Positions 1 through 7,623 of a stretch of 14,530 bases of DNA are shown in pieces. The stretch's first letter is position 1; each line of letters opens with the position of its first letter. The stretch spans positions 1 to 14,530 of the forward strand of contig JAEOTD010000067.1 in assembly GCA_016839995.1 (NCBI GenBank), given 5' to 3'. Origin of the DNA: Candidatus Hermodarchaeota archaeon. GTDB lineage: Archaea > Asgardarchaeota > Hermodarchaeia > Hermodarchaeales > Hermodarchaeaceae. The position numbers and the translations under genes were made by a program. The notes under the pieces were generated by a model, which saw only the letters and a list, made by a program, of their open reading frames with translations, had not been told where the DNA came from and made no database searches.

Positions 1-777
1 GGCCGAGTGAAGGCGACCATTGGAACTGGAACCTTTATTCTAGCCTTTGAAGATAAACCACGGTTTGACCCGCATCGACGGCTTCTTTGTAGTTGCCATG
101 CAGTGCCTAACCGATGGGTCATTGAAGCGAGTATTTTCACCAGTGGGATAATATATAGATGGTTTCGCGACCAATTTGGTCAAGAAGAAAAACAACTTGC
201 CAAGTTATTGAACTCCGATCCCTATGAACTAATGAACGAACAAGCAAAACAATCACCACCCGGATCAAGAGGGATTGTCGTATTACCCCATTTTGTTGGC
301 GCTGGAGCACCTCATTGGAACCCAGAGGCCCGTGGAGTGATAGTGGGTCTAGCCTTAGGACATTCACGAGCAGATATAATTCGGGCAATAATGGAAGGAT
401 CATCCTTTGAAGTACGTCGGAATCTAGAAACCATGGAAAGTATAGGCATCTCATTAAAGGAGCTGCGCATGACGGGTGGAGCAACCCGTAGCCAGGTTTG
501 GAACCAAATTCAGTCCGATATTACTCAGTTAAAAGTTCAGCGGAGTCAAATCGAAGAAGCGACTGCCTTAGGAGCAGCAATTCTTGCAGCGACCGGTGGT
601 GGCCTTTATCGAGATGTTAGTCAGGCTGCTGAAGCAATGGTTTCCATTGGTGAACAGTATAAGCCATCTACCAAGTTTGCAAAACGTTACAATCAACTCT
701 ATTCTATTCACACCGATACTTACCAAGCTTTAGAAAAGGCAAAGGTTTTTTCACAACTGTCCACACTTGACGCCTGA
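1..777 (+). CDS. FGGY-family carbohydrate kinase (glycerol/xylulose kinase-like), C-terminal part; 5' end lies outside the window
   Basis: The frame is open from base 1 (ggc cga gtg aag gcg ... = GRVKATIGTGTF), matching the FGGY 'G..K.T.GTG.F' motif that occurs mid-protein. Also present are 'SRGIVVLPHFVGAGAPHWNPEARGVIVGL', 'AIMEGSSFEVRRNLE' and 'LRMTGGATRSQVWNQIQSDI', typical of the FGGY C-terminal domain. The GTG at 7 is not the real start. Stop TGA at 775-777. Confidence 0.9.
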   Translation, partial: GRVKATIGTGTFILAFEDKPRFDPHRRLLCSCHAVPNRWVIEASIFTSGIIYRWFRDQFGQEEKQLAKLLNSDPYELMNEQAKQSPPGSRGIVVLPHFVGAGAPHWNPEARGVIVGLALGHSRADIIRAIMEGSSFEVRRNLETMESIGISLKELRMTGGATRSQVWNQIQSDITQLKVQRSQIEEATALGAAILAATGGGLYRDVSQAAEAMVSIGEQYKPSTKFAKRYNQLYSIHTDTYQALEKAKVFSQLSTLDA

Positions 778-783
778 GTACTA

Positions 784-2079
784 ATGACAGAACTTCAGCT
801 TCGTTATGGGCAGGGTCAAGTTCAGTTGAAAATCCCCGATAATAATATCGGTGAAATCGTTCAACCTCGCAAACAAGAGGCATCAAAGGACATTGCAGGT
901 TCCCTTCGAACCGCTTTAGAGACGCCAATTGACAACACTCTATCAGAGATCATTGCCAATCGTCGTGTGGGTGTGTTGGTTGAAGATGGAACACGAGCTG
1001 AACCACACGAAATTATCCTCGATGAACTAACCCCACATTTCGCGCCCGCAAAGGATTTGACCTTCATACTTACAACCGGCTCCCACGAACCAAATAGTGC
1101 CCGTAATCAAGAAATAATCCAAGCTATTCATAAAAGTTGTAAAACTAACAACCTTGAAGCGTACCGGGTTATTGTTCATGATGCGCTCCAATCCTCATTT
1201 CAACATGTAGGAACCACAAGCCGTGGAACCGAAGTTCGAGTAAACACAGAAGCCTTGGAAATGGAGGCATTTGTAGTTGCAGCAGACATGAAAAACCATT
1301 ACTTTGCGGGATACTCCAATGTTCTCAAGAACTTCTTGCCAGGCATCTGTGATTTCAACACCATCGAGGCCAACCATAGCCTAGCCCTTGAACCCGAATC
1401 CACCTTCGGACGTCATCCCTTCCACCCAGATTCTACACGTCACACCAATCCCGTGGCAGAAGACATGCTAGAAGGGATGAACCTGATTCTCGCAGATCGC
1501 CCCGTGTTTCTTCTTGCCATGGTTACAAGTGGCCCATATATTATGTGGTCAAAAGCAGGAGCAATTCAACCAGTAACCAGCGAAGGCTTCCAAGTCATTG
1601 ACAAGACAGCCTCCTTTACTGTTCCAGCAACAGATCATATTATCGTCACACCCGGAGGAAATCCCCAAGACGAAAGCCTCTACAACGCTCAACGAGGACT
1701 AGAACTGACGAAGAACGCCGTTCGAGATAACGGTGAAATCCTTCTCCTTGCTGAATGTCCTAAAGGGATTGCACCCACACCGACGGCGCGTGAATTCTTC
1801 TATGATTATCTGATCATGCCTCTTCCCGAAATGATGGCAAAAATTCAAGAAAGCTATAGACTGTATACTCATAAGAGTTGGAAATTTGGCGAACTCATCC
1901 AACGCTTAAACCGAATTTGGCTGTACACCACTCTCGATCAGGCGCAGGTAGAAACAGCCCATATTTCCTTTGCACCGAATCCCCAAAAGATTGTGGACTC
2001 GTGGATTCAAAAGGATTCCGCTGCAAAGATTCATGTTTTCAATGATGCGAACAAAATTGCTGTTTATGCAAGCAGTTAA
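784..2079 (+). CDS. LarA-like (DUF2088) nickel-pincer-nucleotide-dependent racemase/epimerase family protein
   Basis: Motifs: 'VEDGTRAEP', 'TTGSHEP', 'VIVHDA', 'KNHYFAGYSNVLKNFLPGICDFNTIEANHS'. The Lys of the LarA 'GGRK..lPGI' region and the His residues are retained. ATG start is 6 nt after the kinase stop, so it is probably co-transcribed. Confidence 0.88.
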   Translation: MTELQLRYGQGQVQLKIPDNNIGEIVQPRKQEASKDIAGSLRTALETPIDNTLSEIIANRRVGVLVEDGTRAEPHEIILDELTPHFAPAKDLTFILTTGSHEPNSARNQEIIQAIHKSCKTNNLEAYRVIVHDALQSSFQHVGTTSRGTEVRVNTEALEMEAFVVAADMKNHYFAGYSNVLKNFLPGICDFNTIEANHSLALEPESTFGRHPFHPDSTRHTNPVAEDMLEGMNLILADRPVFLLAMVTSGPYIMWSKAGAIQPVTSEGFQVIDKTASFTVPATDHIIVTPGGNPQDESLYNAQRGLELTKNAVRDNGEILLLAECPKGIAPTPTAREFFYDYLIMPLPEMMAKIQESYRLYTHKSWKFGELIQRLNRIWLYTTLDQAQVETAHISFAPNPQKIVDSWIQKDSAAKIHVFNDANKIAVYASS

Positions 2080-2206
2080 CATGCCTAACTTGCTCCACTT
2101 GCTTTCAAGAATTACTGGAATTTGTGCCGACTTAAATTGTTTCAGAAGGAAACGTTAAGAACGGTTCCTGTGCTATATACTCGGTAACAATCCTGGGAGC
2201 TCACCG

Positions 2207-2692
2207 ATGCCTGTCGTTTACACCTATTGTGAGATGTGCAAGGCGTATATAGCGATAGACGTTGCGCCAGATATTATTCAGCGACAAAACGTCTTTCCGT
2301 TTCCATATTCCTACGTCCATGGCGAGCCTACGCATGTCATCACAATCTACCTTGACCAAGATTTAGTTGAACGGGGGCATGAGGTTTCCGAAATTCATTC
2401 AGGTAACCAAGTCGAAGTAACACAAGCTCAGCCTGGGGCATCCCCTCAACCCTCGAGCCCTCCTCCATCCACAATGGTTGGCACTAGAAGTCGTCGGATT
2501 GTTCCAAAGGTTGTTGCGGATTTGGAGAAACAAAAACTCTCCATCACCGAATTCCGCATGCTTAGTTTATGCGATGGAAAAACAACCCTTCAGGAAATTG
2601 CTGAGAAAATGGGATTACAGTTTTTCATCGCTATGCGAATGCTTTTGGATCTTCAAAAGCGGAAGCTTGTAGATTTCGAAAAACGATTCTAA
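2207..2692 (+). CDS. Small protein with N-terminal CxxC (zinc-knuckle-like) region, P/S-rich linker and C-terminal winged-helix-like domain
   Basis: 161 aa. 'YCEMCKAY' at the N-terminus, 'QAQPGASPQPSSPPPST' linker, then 'ITEFRMLSLCDGKTTLQEIAEKMGLQFFIAMRMLLDLQKRKLVDF', resembling a small helix-turn-helix/winged-helix module. Function unassigned. Confidence 0.7.
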   Translation: MPVVYTYCEMCKAYIAIDVAPDIIQRQNVFPFPYSYVHGEPTHVITIYLDQDLVERGHEVSEIHSGNQVEVTQAQPGASPQPSSPPPSTMVGTRSRRIVPKVVADLEKQKLSITEFRMLSLCDGKTTLQEIAEKMGLQFFIAMRMLLDLQKRKLVDFEKRF

Positions 2693-2757
2693 CTGTAATA
2701 AGGGGAACGAATGATTCATAACGCTAGTTGCAGAGTACGAATATGTGGTGAAATGAC

Positions 2758-3267
2758 ATGGGTGTCAAAGGTTGGATTGGCTGGCACTTTAAGATGCAAA
2801 AAACCTCACTGAATGCATTCCAGGCTTTGGTTGCAGCAGTAATTGACGATGTTCTAGAAGACAGTAAAGGTGATGTCAACCTAGCAAATCAGAAGCTATT
2901 GCGCTTAGGAAATGCCATGGCTGAGACCTTGTTATTTGAATACAGCGACACAATTGGACAGCACGCAACCACCTTTGATGGTTTTCTCGACACTTTCACG
3001 TTAGCTACCAGGGTAATGTTAGGCAAAGGCTTTGACAATGCCTATTACGATAAAGCCGAAAGAAAAATCGTTTATGTATTTGAAGACTGCCCCATTTGCC
3101 AAAACATTCGAATGTCTGACGAGTTTCATGGTCTGAAGTACTGTAACATCCTCAGTGGAGTATTTCAACACGTTCTAACTCTCCGGGGTTTCAATAGTAT
3201 ATGCGAAGAAGTCCAATGCAGAACGTGGGGTTCTGACTCTTGCATTTGGGAGCTAAGAGAACAATAG
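2758..3267 (+). CDS. V4R (4-vinyl reductase / TRAPP Bet3-like) domain protein
   Basis: 169 aa. Cys-containing C-terminus 'EDCPICQNIR...LKYCNILSGVFQHVLTLRGFNSICEEVQCRTWGSDSCIWELRE', characteristic of V4R domains (Y/C.....G...........EV.C...G...C.F.L). SD-like GGTG about 7 nt before the ATG. Confidence 0.75.
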   Translation: MGVKGWIGWHFKMQKTSLNAFQALVAAVIDDVLEDSKGDVNLANQKLLRLGNAMAETLLFEYSDTIGQHATTFDGFLDTFTLATRVMLGKGFDNAYYDKAERKIVYVFEDCPICQNIRMSDEFHGLKYCNILSGVFQHVLTLRGFNSICEEVQCRTWGSDSCIWELREQ

Positions 3268-3371
3268 GCAGTACCCACACCATCAAAAAAATCCTTCATT
3301 AGTTAATTTTGAAACTGTCGAAGAAAGTTTGATAAGGCAACTCATGTCAGAGACACGATGAGGTAACCATT

Positions 3372-4652
3372 GTGTCCAAAAAAACTTCAGCTATTAGTGG
3401 ATTTTATCGTTTATCCATTCCAGAGCGCTTAGATAAGCTGCGTGAGTTTGCAAATCTTACCGATGAAGATATCGCCACATTAGAGACCTTTGGAGCTCTT
3501 GATGCTGCTACAGCGGATCGAATGATTGAGAACGTGGTTGGCTCGTATGCTTTTCCTCTTGGAATGGCTACAAATTTCCAGATAAACGGTCAAGACTACC
3601 TCATTCCCATGGCATTAGAGGAACCTTCTGTTGTAGCAGCCGCCTCAAATGCCGCAGGGATGACACGAGAACAGGGCGGTTTTACTGCAAGTACAACAGA
3701 CCCCGTAATGATAGGGCAAATTCAAGTAGCTGATATTCCTGACTTAAAAGTAGCACAAAAGTCGATTTTAGAACAAAAAGAGAATTTGTTGAGAGTGGCT
3801 AATGCACAAGATCCTGTCTTAGTCAAATTTGGAGGAGGTGCGCGCGATTTGCAGGTCCGTCGATTGGACACCATGATGGGACCCATGCTAATTGTCCACT
3901 TACTTGTTGATGCCCGTGATGCCATGGGCGCAAATGCTGTTAATACGATGTGCGAAATGCTTGCCCCTCTTCTTGAAGATTTAACCAAGGGAAAGGTGTA
4001 CTTACGGATTCTATCCAACTTAGCAGTGAATCGTCTTGCTCGAGCAGAGGCAACATTTCCAGTTAAAGCCTTAGGCGGAGCAAAGGCAGTTGAAGGGATT
4101 TTGAAAGCTTATGCTTTCGCCCAAGCGGATCCCTACCGCTGTGCCACCCATAATAAGGGAATAATGAATGGTATCGATGCCGTGCTCCTTGCTACTGGAC
4201 AGGATTTCCGAGCTGTTGAAGCAGGCGCACATACGTATGCAGCAACACGAGAGGGAGGTTATCAATCCCTGACACACTATGAAAAAACCGCTGAAGGTGA
4301 TTTACATGGTTCTATTGAATTACCCATGGCTGTCGGACTAGTAGGCGGAGCGACCCGAACTCACCCAGTTGCACGCTTATGTGTGAAAATCTTAGGAGTA
4401 AAAACAGCCAATGAGCTTGCACAAATTATTGCTAGTGTGGGATTAGCCCAAAACCTCGCCGCATTGCGTGCTTTAAGCCAAGAAGGTATTCAGAAAGGAC
4501 ACATGAAGCTACACGCTCGAAATGTCGCTGTCGCTGCAGGAGCTTTTGACGATGAGGTCGACCAAGTCGCTCAGAAAATGATTACTGAAAAACGCGTTCG
4601 CTTTGATAGGGCACAAGAAATCCTCGCTGAGCTTCGAAAGAAAACTACATGA
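3372..4652 (+). CDS. hmgA: Hydroxymethylglutaryl-CoA reductase, class II (degradative/bacterial-type)
   Basis: 426 aa. 'SGFYRLSIPERLDKLREFANLT', 'ENVVGSYAFPLGMATNFQING', 'EEPSVVAAASNAA', 'DARDAMGANAVNTMCE', 'ATHNKGIMNGIDAV', and the catalytic His region 'KGHMKLHARNVAVAAGA'. All are typical of the Pseudomonas mevalonii-type class II enzyme. GTG start with SD GAGGT upstream. Confidence 0.95.
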   Translation: MSKKTSAISGFYRLSIPERLDKLREFANLTDEDIATLETFGALDAATADRMIENVVGSYAFPLGMATNFQINGQDYLIPMALEEPSVVAAASNAAGMTREQGGFTASTTDPVMIGQIQVADIPDLKVAQKSILEQKENLLRVANAQDPVLVKFGGGARDLQVRRLDTMMGPMLIVHLLVDARDAMGANAVNTMCEMLAPLLEDLTKGKVYLRILSNLAVNRLARAEATFPVKALGGAKAVEGILKAYAFAQADPYRCATHNKGIMNGIDAVLLATGQDFRAVEAGAHTYAATREGGYQSLTHYEKTAEGDLHGSIELPMAVGLVGGATRTHPVARLCVKILGVKTANELAQIIASVGLAQNLAALRALSQEGIQKGHMKLHARNVAVAAGAFDDEVDQVAQKMITEKRVRFDRAQEILAELRKKTT

Positions 4653-4747
4653 CACAACAATTTCTTATACACATCATTCCCTCATATGTATTGAATGCTC
4701 ACGTTGTGTGGCTGCACTATCGTGATGAACTAGCGGTGAACCATTAA

Positions 4748-5683
4748 ATGAAACAGTACATCGGGATGATTGAAATCCTGGGTGAAGGGGGCGAAATGCT
4801 TCCACTTCACTGGAATCCTAAACATCTAGTAAATGGTCGGTCGATACTAATTGTTGATGAGACCGAGGGGATTATCTGGGTGTGGTTGGGTAAAGGGACA
4901 TCGATGTTACAACGTACAACAGCTCTTCGTCAGGCCCGGTTTATAATGAAAAACGGTACCCGTGTTGAAGAGACCCATTTTGGCACTAAATGCACAAATT
5001 TCATTGAAGTACCTGGTGATCTGGCGAATCCAAAAGCGGCACTCCTCAGAAACCTCCTTGAAACGCATCCCAAAACTTCTGACTATCTTGTAGTTACCCA
5101 AGAGGAAGAAACGGTTTCAACGTTTGAAGAGTCCTTCCAAGACAAAGTTGAGGTTATTGAGCAAACAGTTGTCCCTGAACCTATTCGCAAGGTTACACCG
5201 GTGCGTCGACGAATTCTAACGTATGAAGAACAGCTAGCAACAAAAGTGCTTTTTGCTGTATCCGATTGCTATGGACAGGCTTCTATGAATCCAATTGGCC
5301 CCAATGAGTTCTTGGTTTCGGTGCTTCGATTACAAATGCGCTTTTTCTGTCAAGGAGAGGCAATTTTATTCTCTGAGATTCGAGCGGCTGCACAAGAGGA
5401 TCTTGACGCCTTTACTCGGTGTTTTGGTCAACAACCCGAACTAACTGCAGAGGGACAAATATTTGTTTCATCCACCCTTCTAACATCTGAACCACCAACC
5501 CCATCAAGTGATAAACCAGCATCTGTTGTTGAATCCATGCGTGAACAACTGTCTCAGATAAGTCACAATGCTTCGGATCAAGATGACGAGGAACCAGACG
5601 ACACAGCAGAGGAAGAAAGTGAAGACGAAGAAGAAGAGGAAGACAAGAAGAGCGGCTCTTCTGATTTTGAACTATTTGAGTAA
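4748..5683 (+). CDS. Gelsolin-like-domain protein with middle domain and long acidic C-terminal tail (paralog A)
   Basis: 311 aa. N-terminal 'GRSILIVDETEGIIWVWLGKGTSMLQRTTALRQARFIMKNGTRVEETHFG' resembles a gelsolin repeat core (LD...I.VW.G..S...ER..A...A). It also aligns with the N-termini of the ORFs at 6715-7425 and 7624-8391. C-terminus 'DQDDEEPDDTAEEESEDEEEEEDKK'. SD-like GGTGA upstream of the ATG. Confidence 0.65.
   Translation: MKQYIGMIEILGEGGEMLPLHWNPKHLVNGRSILIVDETEGIIWVWLGKGTSMLQRTTALRQARFIMKNGTRVEETHFGTKCTNFIEVPGDLANPKAALLRNLLETHPKTSDYLVVTQEEETVSTFEESFQDKVEVIEQTVVPEPIRKVTPVRRRILTYEEQLATKVLFAVSDCYGQASMNPIGPNEFLVSVLRLQMRFFCQGEAILFSEIRAAAQEDLDAFTRCFGQQPELTAEGQIFVSSTLLTSEPPTPSSDKPASVVESMREQLSQISHNASDQDDEEPDDTAEEESEDEEEEEDKKSGSSDFELFE
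5576..5650 (+). other. Low-complexity purine-rich segment encoding an Asp/Glu-rich acidic tail
   Basis: gatcaagatgacgaggaaccagacgac...gaagacgaagaagaagaggaagacaagaag encodes DQDDEEPDDTAEEESEDEEEEEDKK. Confidence 0.9.
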
Positions 5684-5700
5684 TTTTTCTTGTATTTGGT
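5683..5700 (+). terminator. Possible T-tract archaeal transcription terminator after paralog A
   Basis: TAA stop is followed immediately by a T-rich tract (ttttt c ttgtattt) in a convergent intergenic region. Archaeal terminators are often simple T-tracts. Weak evidence. Confidence 0.35.
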
Positions 5701-5772
5701 GTTGCGTTACCCTGCAATAACAAGTCGTATTGGACGTCGCTTCATTCTCATTTGTGAAAAGAGGGATTAGTG

Positions 5773-6015
5773 TCATGCATGAGTTGAAACTTTTTCAACA
5801 CGCAGCCATGGATTTTGTCGGGTAAACTCAAAAAGAGATTGGGTGAATCGTTCTAAGTCATCGAGCTCAATGACGAAGTTGAAACGTCCTTCCCCTAGGG
5901 GTAATTTGCTGATAATACGTCCATGTTGGTTGAGGAGAAGATTGATCCAACCCGTTTTTGTTGCGTTTTCTTCACGGGTTGTACCTCGGTAGGAAAGCGA
6001 AATATTAGCTTTCAT
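5773..6015 (-). CDS. Small conserved-looking hypothetical protein (80 aa)
   Basis: ORF MKANISLSYRG...WINLLLNQHGRIISKLPLGEGRFNFVIELDDLERFTQSLFEFTRQNPWLRVEKVSTHA. It has an alternating beta/alpha character and lies last in a minus-strand gene string. No family recognised. Confidence 0.55.
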   Translation of the reverse strand: MKANISLSYRGTTREENATKTGWINLLLNQHGRIISKLPLGEGRFNFVIELDDLERFTQSLFEFTRQNPWLRVEKVSTHA

Positions 6016-6099
6016 ATAGCCTCACCTTACGTTAGTTCTTTGGCAACTGAGCCGACTTAAACCTTTCCGAAGACGTGTTGAATTACAGCCTTTGACGGA

Positions 6100-6687
6100 T
6101 TAAGCAGTGGATTCAGAGCGGGTTGAAGAAGAATTGGCGCGGAAACGATATGAGATGAGATCGTAGGCAATATCGAACCCCCAGAATGCAACTGTATGAA
6201 CTAAGGTCAATAAGCCAAGGAAGGGAAGGATAAGAACTATGATTTTCAATAATGGCCGGTGAACGATAGCCCAGCGTAAAGTAGAATGTGCAATTTGAGA
6301 AGCTTTGGAATGGAGCAACTCGTCCATTATCGAAGCAACTAAGATGATAATAAGTGTGGGAAAACCCATTAGAAATCCAGACATAACCAGAAGTCGAAAG
6401 AAACTCAGGGGTAGTGTGGTGATTGTCAGAAGCAAAAAGAAGCTGCTGTCAACTTTACGTGTTACGATTAGACCTAATATGATTCCAATAACCAGAATCG
6501 CTGTGTAGAGATCAAAAAATACCCAGATATTGACGAGAATTACTAGCCCACATGTCACCACCCATAGAGAGGTATGACGTGATTGAAACTGAACAGGAAA
6601 ATCGGTTGCCAAATCAAGGAGTTTGATACCTGCACCGAGGAGCACATAGGATACGATTAGAGCTAGTGCAAAAAGAACGAGACTCAT
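6100..6687 (-). CDS. Multi-pass integral membrane protein (195 aa), function unknown
   Basis: Several hydrophobic segments: 'MSLVLFALALIVSYVLLGAGI', 'LWVVTCGLVILVNIWVFFDLYTAILVIGIILGLIV', 'FFLLLTITTLPLSFFRLLVM', 'LMGFPTLIIILVAS', 'LLKIIVLILPFLGLLTLVHTVAFW'. Starts 27 nt downstream of paralog B, same strand. Confidence 0.75.
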   Translation of the reverse strand: MSLVLFALALIVSYVLLGAGIKLLDLATDFPVQFQSRHTSLWVVTCGLVILVNIWVFFDLYTAILVIGIILGLIVTRKVDSSFFLLLTITTLPLSFFRLLVMSGFLMGFPTLIIILVASIMDELLHSKASQIAHSTLRWAIVHRPLLKIIVLILPFLGLLTLVHTVAFWGFDIAYDLISYRFRANSSSTRSESTA

Positions 6688-6714
6688 TATTCCATGCCTT
6701 TAATCTATAATGGT

Positions 6715-7425
6715 TTAACCGGCAATGCTTTTGAGTTCGTGGGCCACCAACTCTTTGAGTTCCTTAGGAGTTTTTGAATCCCATTTGAATGTTAATTTGC
6801 CTTTACTGCGTTTCATCTCGTGGGTAAGCCCATCAATTCCCTCTATTATCACTTCTTCAGTTTCACCCTTACTTCGATATTCAATGTGAACTTGTTGATG
6901 GACGCGGATAATCGCCAGTAGTGCCGCTTCCAAATCAAGTTTGGATGCCTTTTTCGCAGGTGCTCTTGTTTCTGTTGGTGTTACTGTTTCATCGGGTGAA
7001 ATACTTGCTGATACAGGAGCTGAAGAAGCACCCCCTTGAAGTGTTCCCACAATAAGTGTTCCCTTGGGACTTGCTATCGTAGAAATTTCCATTGGAGATT
7101 CTAACAAGGCGATGAGGTTTGAATAATTGTTTGATGTGGTGGGATCTTCCAAGTTATCTGCATCAATGAGGACAAGGGAATACCCTCGTCCCAAGACTTC
7201 GTCACCAATTCGCTGGCCTTCCGTGGTGATTTGTTCAGCTTTTGCTTTTGCTGTACGACGTTTGTCATATTGAACACCAGTACCCATCCAGAACCAGAGA
7301 GTTTTGTTTTGTTCATCAACAACACCGACACATACATCACCTCGGAGTTTTCGGGCTCCAGGACGAATCGATCTAACAAAGCCTAGGCCACCGATTTCCA
7401 ACATTACGACTCGTGACATGTGCAT
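6715..7425 (-). CDS. Gelsolin-like-domain protein with C-terminal uncharacterised domain (paralog B)
   Basis: 236 aa. 'RGDVCVGVVDEQNKTLWFWMGTGVQYDKRRTAKAKAEQITTEGQRIGDEVLGRGYSLVLIDADNLEDP' aligns with paralogs A and C. The true start may be the second ATG (7419), which has GGGGTG 8 nt upstream. Linker is rich in S/T/P. Confidence 0.65.
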   Translation of the reverse strand: MHMSRVVMLEIGGLGFVRSIRPGARKLRGDVCVGVVDEQNKTLWFWMGTGVQYDKRRTAKAKAEQITTEGQRIGDEVLGRGYSLVLIDADNLEDPTTSNNYSNLIALLESPMEISTIASPKGTLIVGTLQGGASSAPVSASISPDETVTPTETRAPAKKASKLDLEAALLAIIRVHQQVHIEYRSKGETEEVIIEGIDGLTHEMKRSKGKLTFKWDSKTPKELKELVAHELKSIAG

Positions 7426-7448
7426 AGCACCCCATTTGACACCATTCG

Positions 7449-7469
7449 AATAGAAATGTAATTTCTATT
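7449..7469. promoter_or_regulatory. Palindromic operator-like element upstream of paralog B
   Basis: aatagaaat-gta-atttctatt: perfect 9-bp inverted repeat with 3-nt centre, 24-44 nt upstream of the annotated start at 7425. Confidence 0.4.
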
Positions 7470-7491
7470 GAAGCAATTTTTACCACGATTT

Positions 7492-7515
7492 CACCTATCT
7501 AGTGATGGATAGGTG
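7492..7515. repeat. Inverted repeat / potential hairpin in intergenic region between paralogs C and B
   Basis: cacctatc - tagtgatg - gataggtg: 8-bp perfect arms with 8-nt loop. Confidence 0.45.
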
Positions 7516-7623
7516 TTTTCGGGCTAGGTCCGGTTTAGAATTTGTTACCGTATTTATTAAGTTGACCCTGCGCATACTTTGGCTGTAATATCTAATACAG
7601 TTCCTGCAAAAAATTTCCGTGGG

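Noticed and set aside
7-9. GTG at position 7 as start of the kinase gene
   Set aside because: The frame is already open at base 1 and the product begins in the middle of the FGGY fold, so this is a window-edge truncation and not a start codon.
137-484. Minus-strand ORF of 115 aa opposite the FGGY kinase
   Set aside because: Shadow ORF fully antisense to a frame with strong family motifs; no recognisable motif of its own.
2080-2206. Possible structured RNA between LarA-like gene and the CxxC/wHTH gene
   Set aside because: Only short imperfect complementarities were seen; nothing resembling a known riboswitch or stable hairpin.
5412-5723. Minus-strand 103-aa ORF antisense to the acidic tail region of paralog A
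   Set aside because: 'SSCLPLLLRLHFLPLLCRLV' is simply the reverse complement of the GAA/GAG-rich acidic segment.
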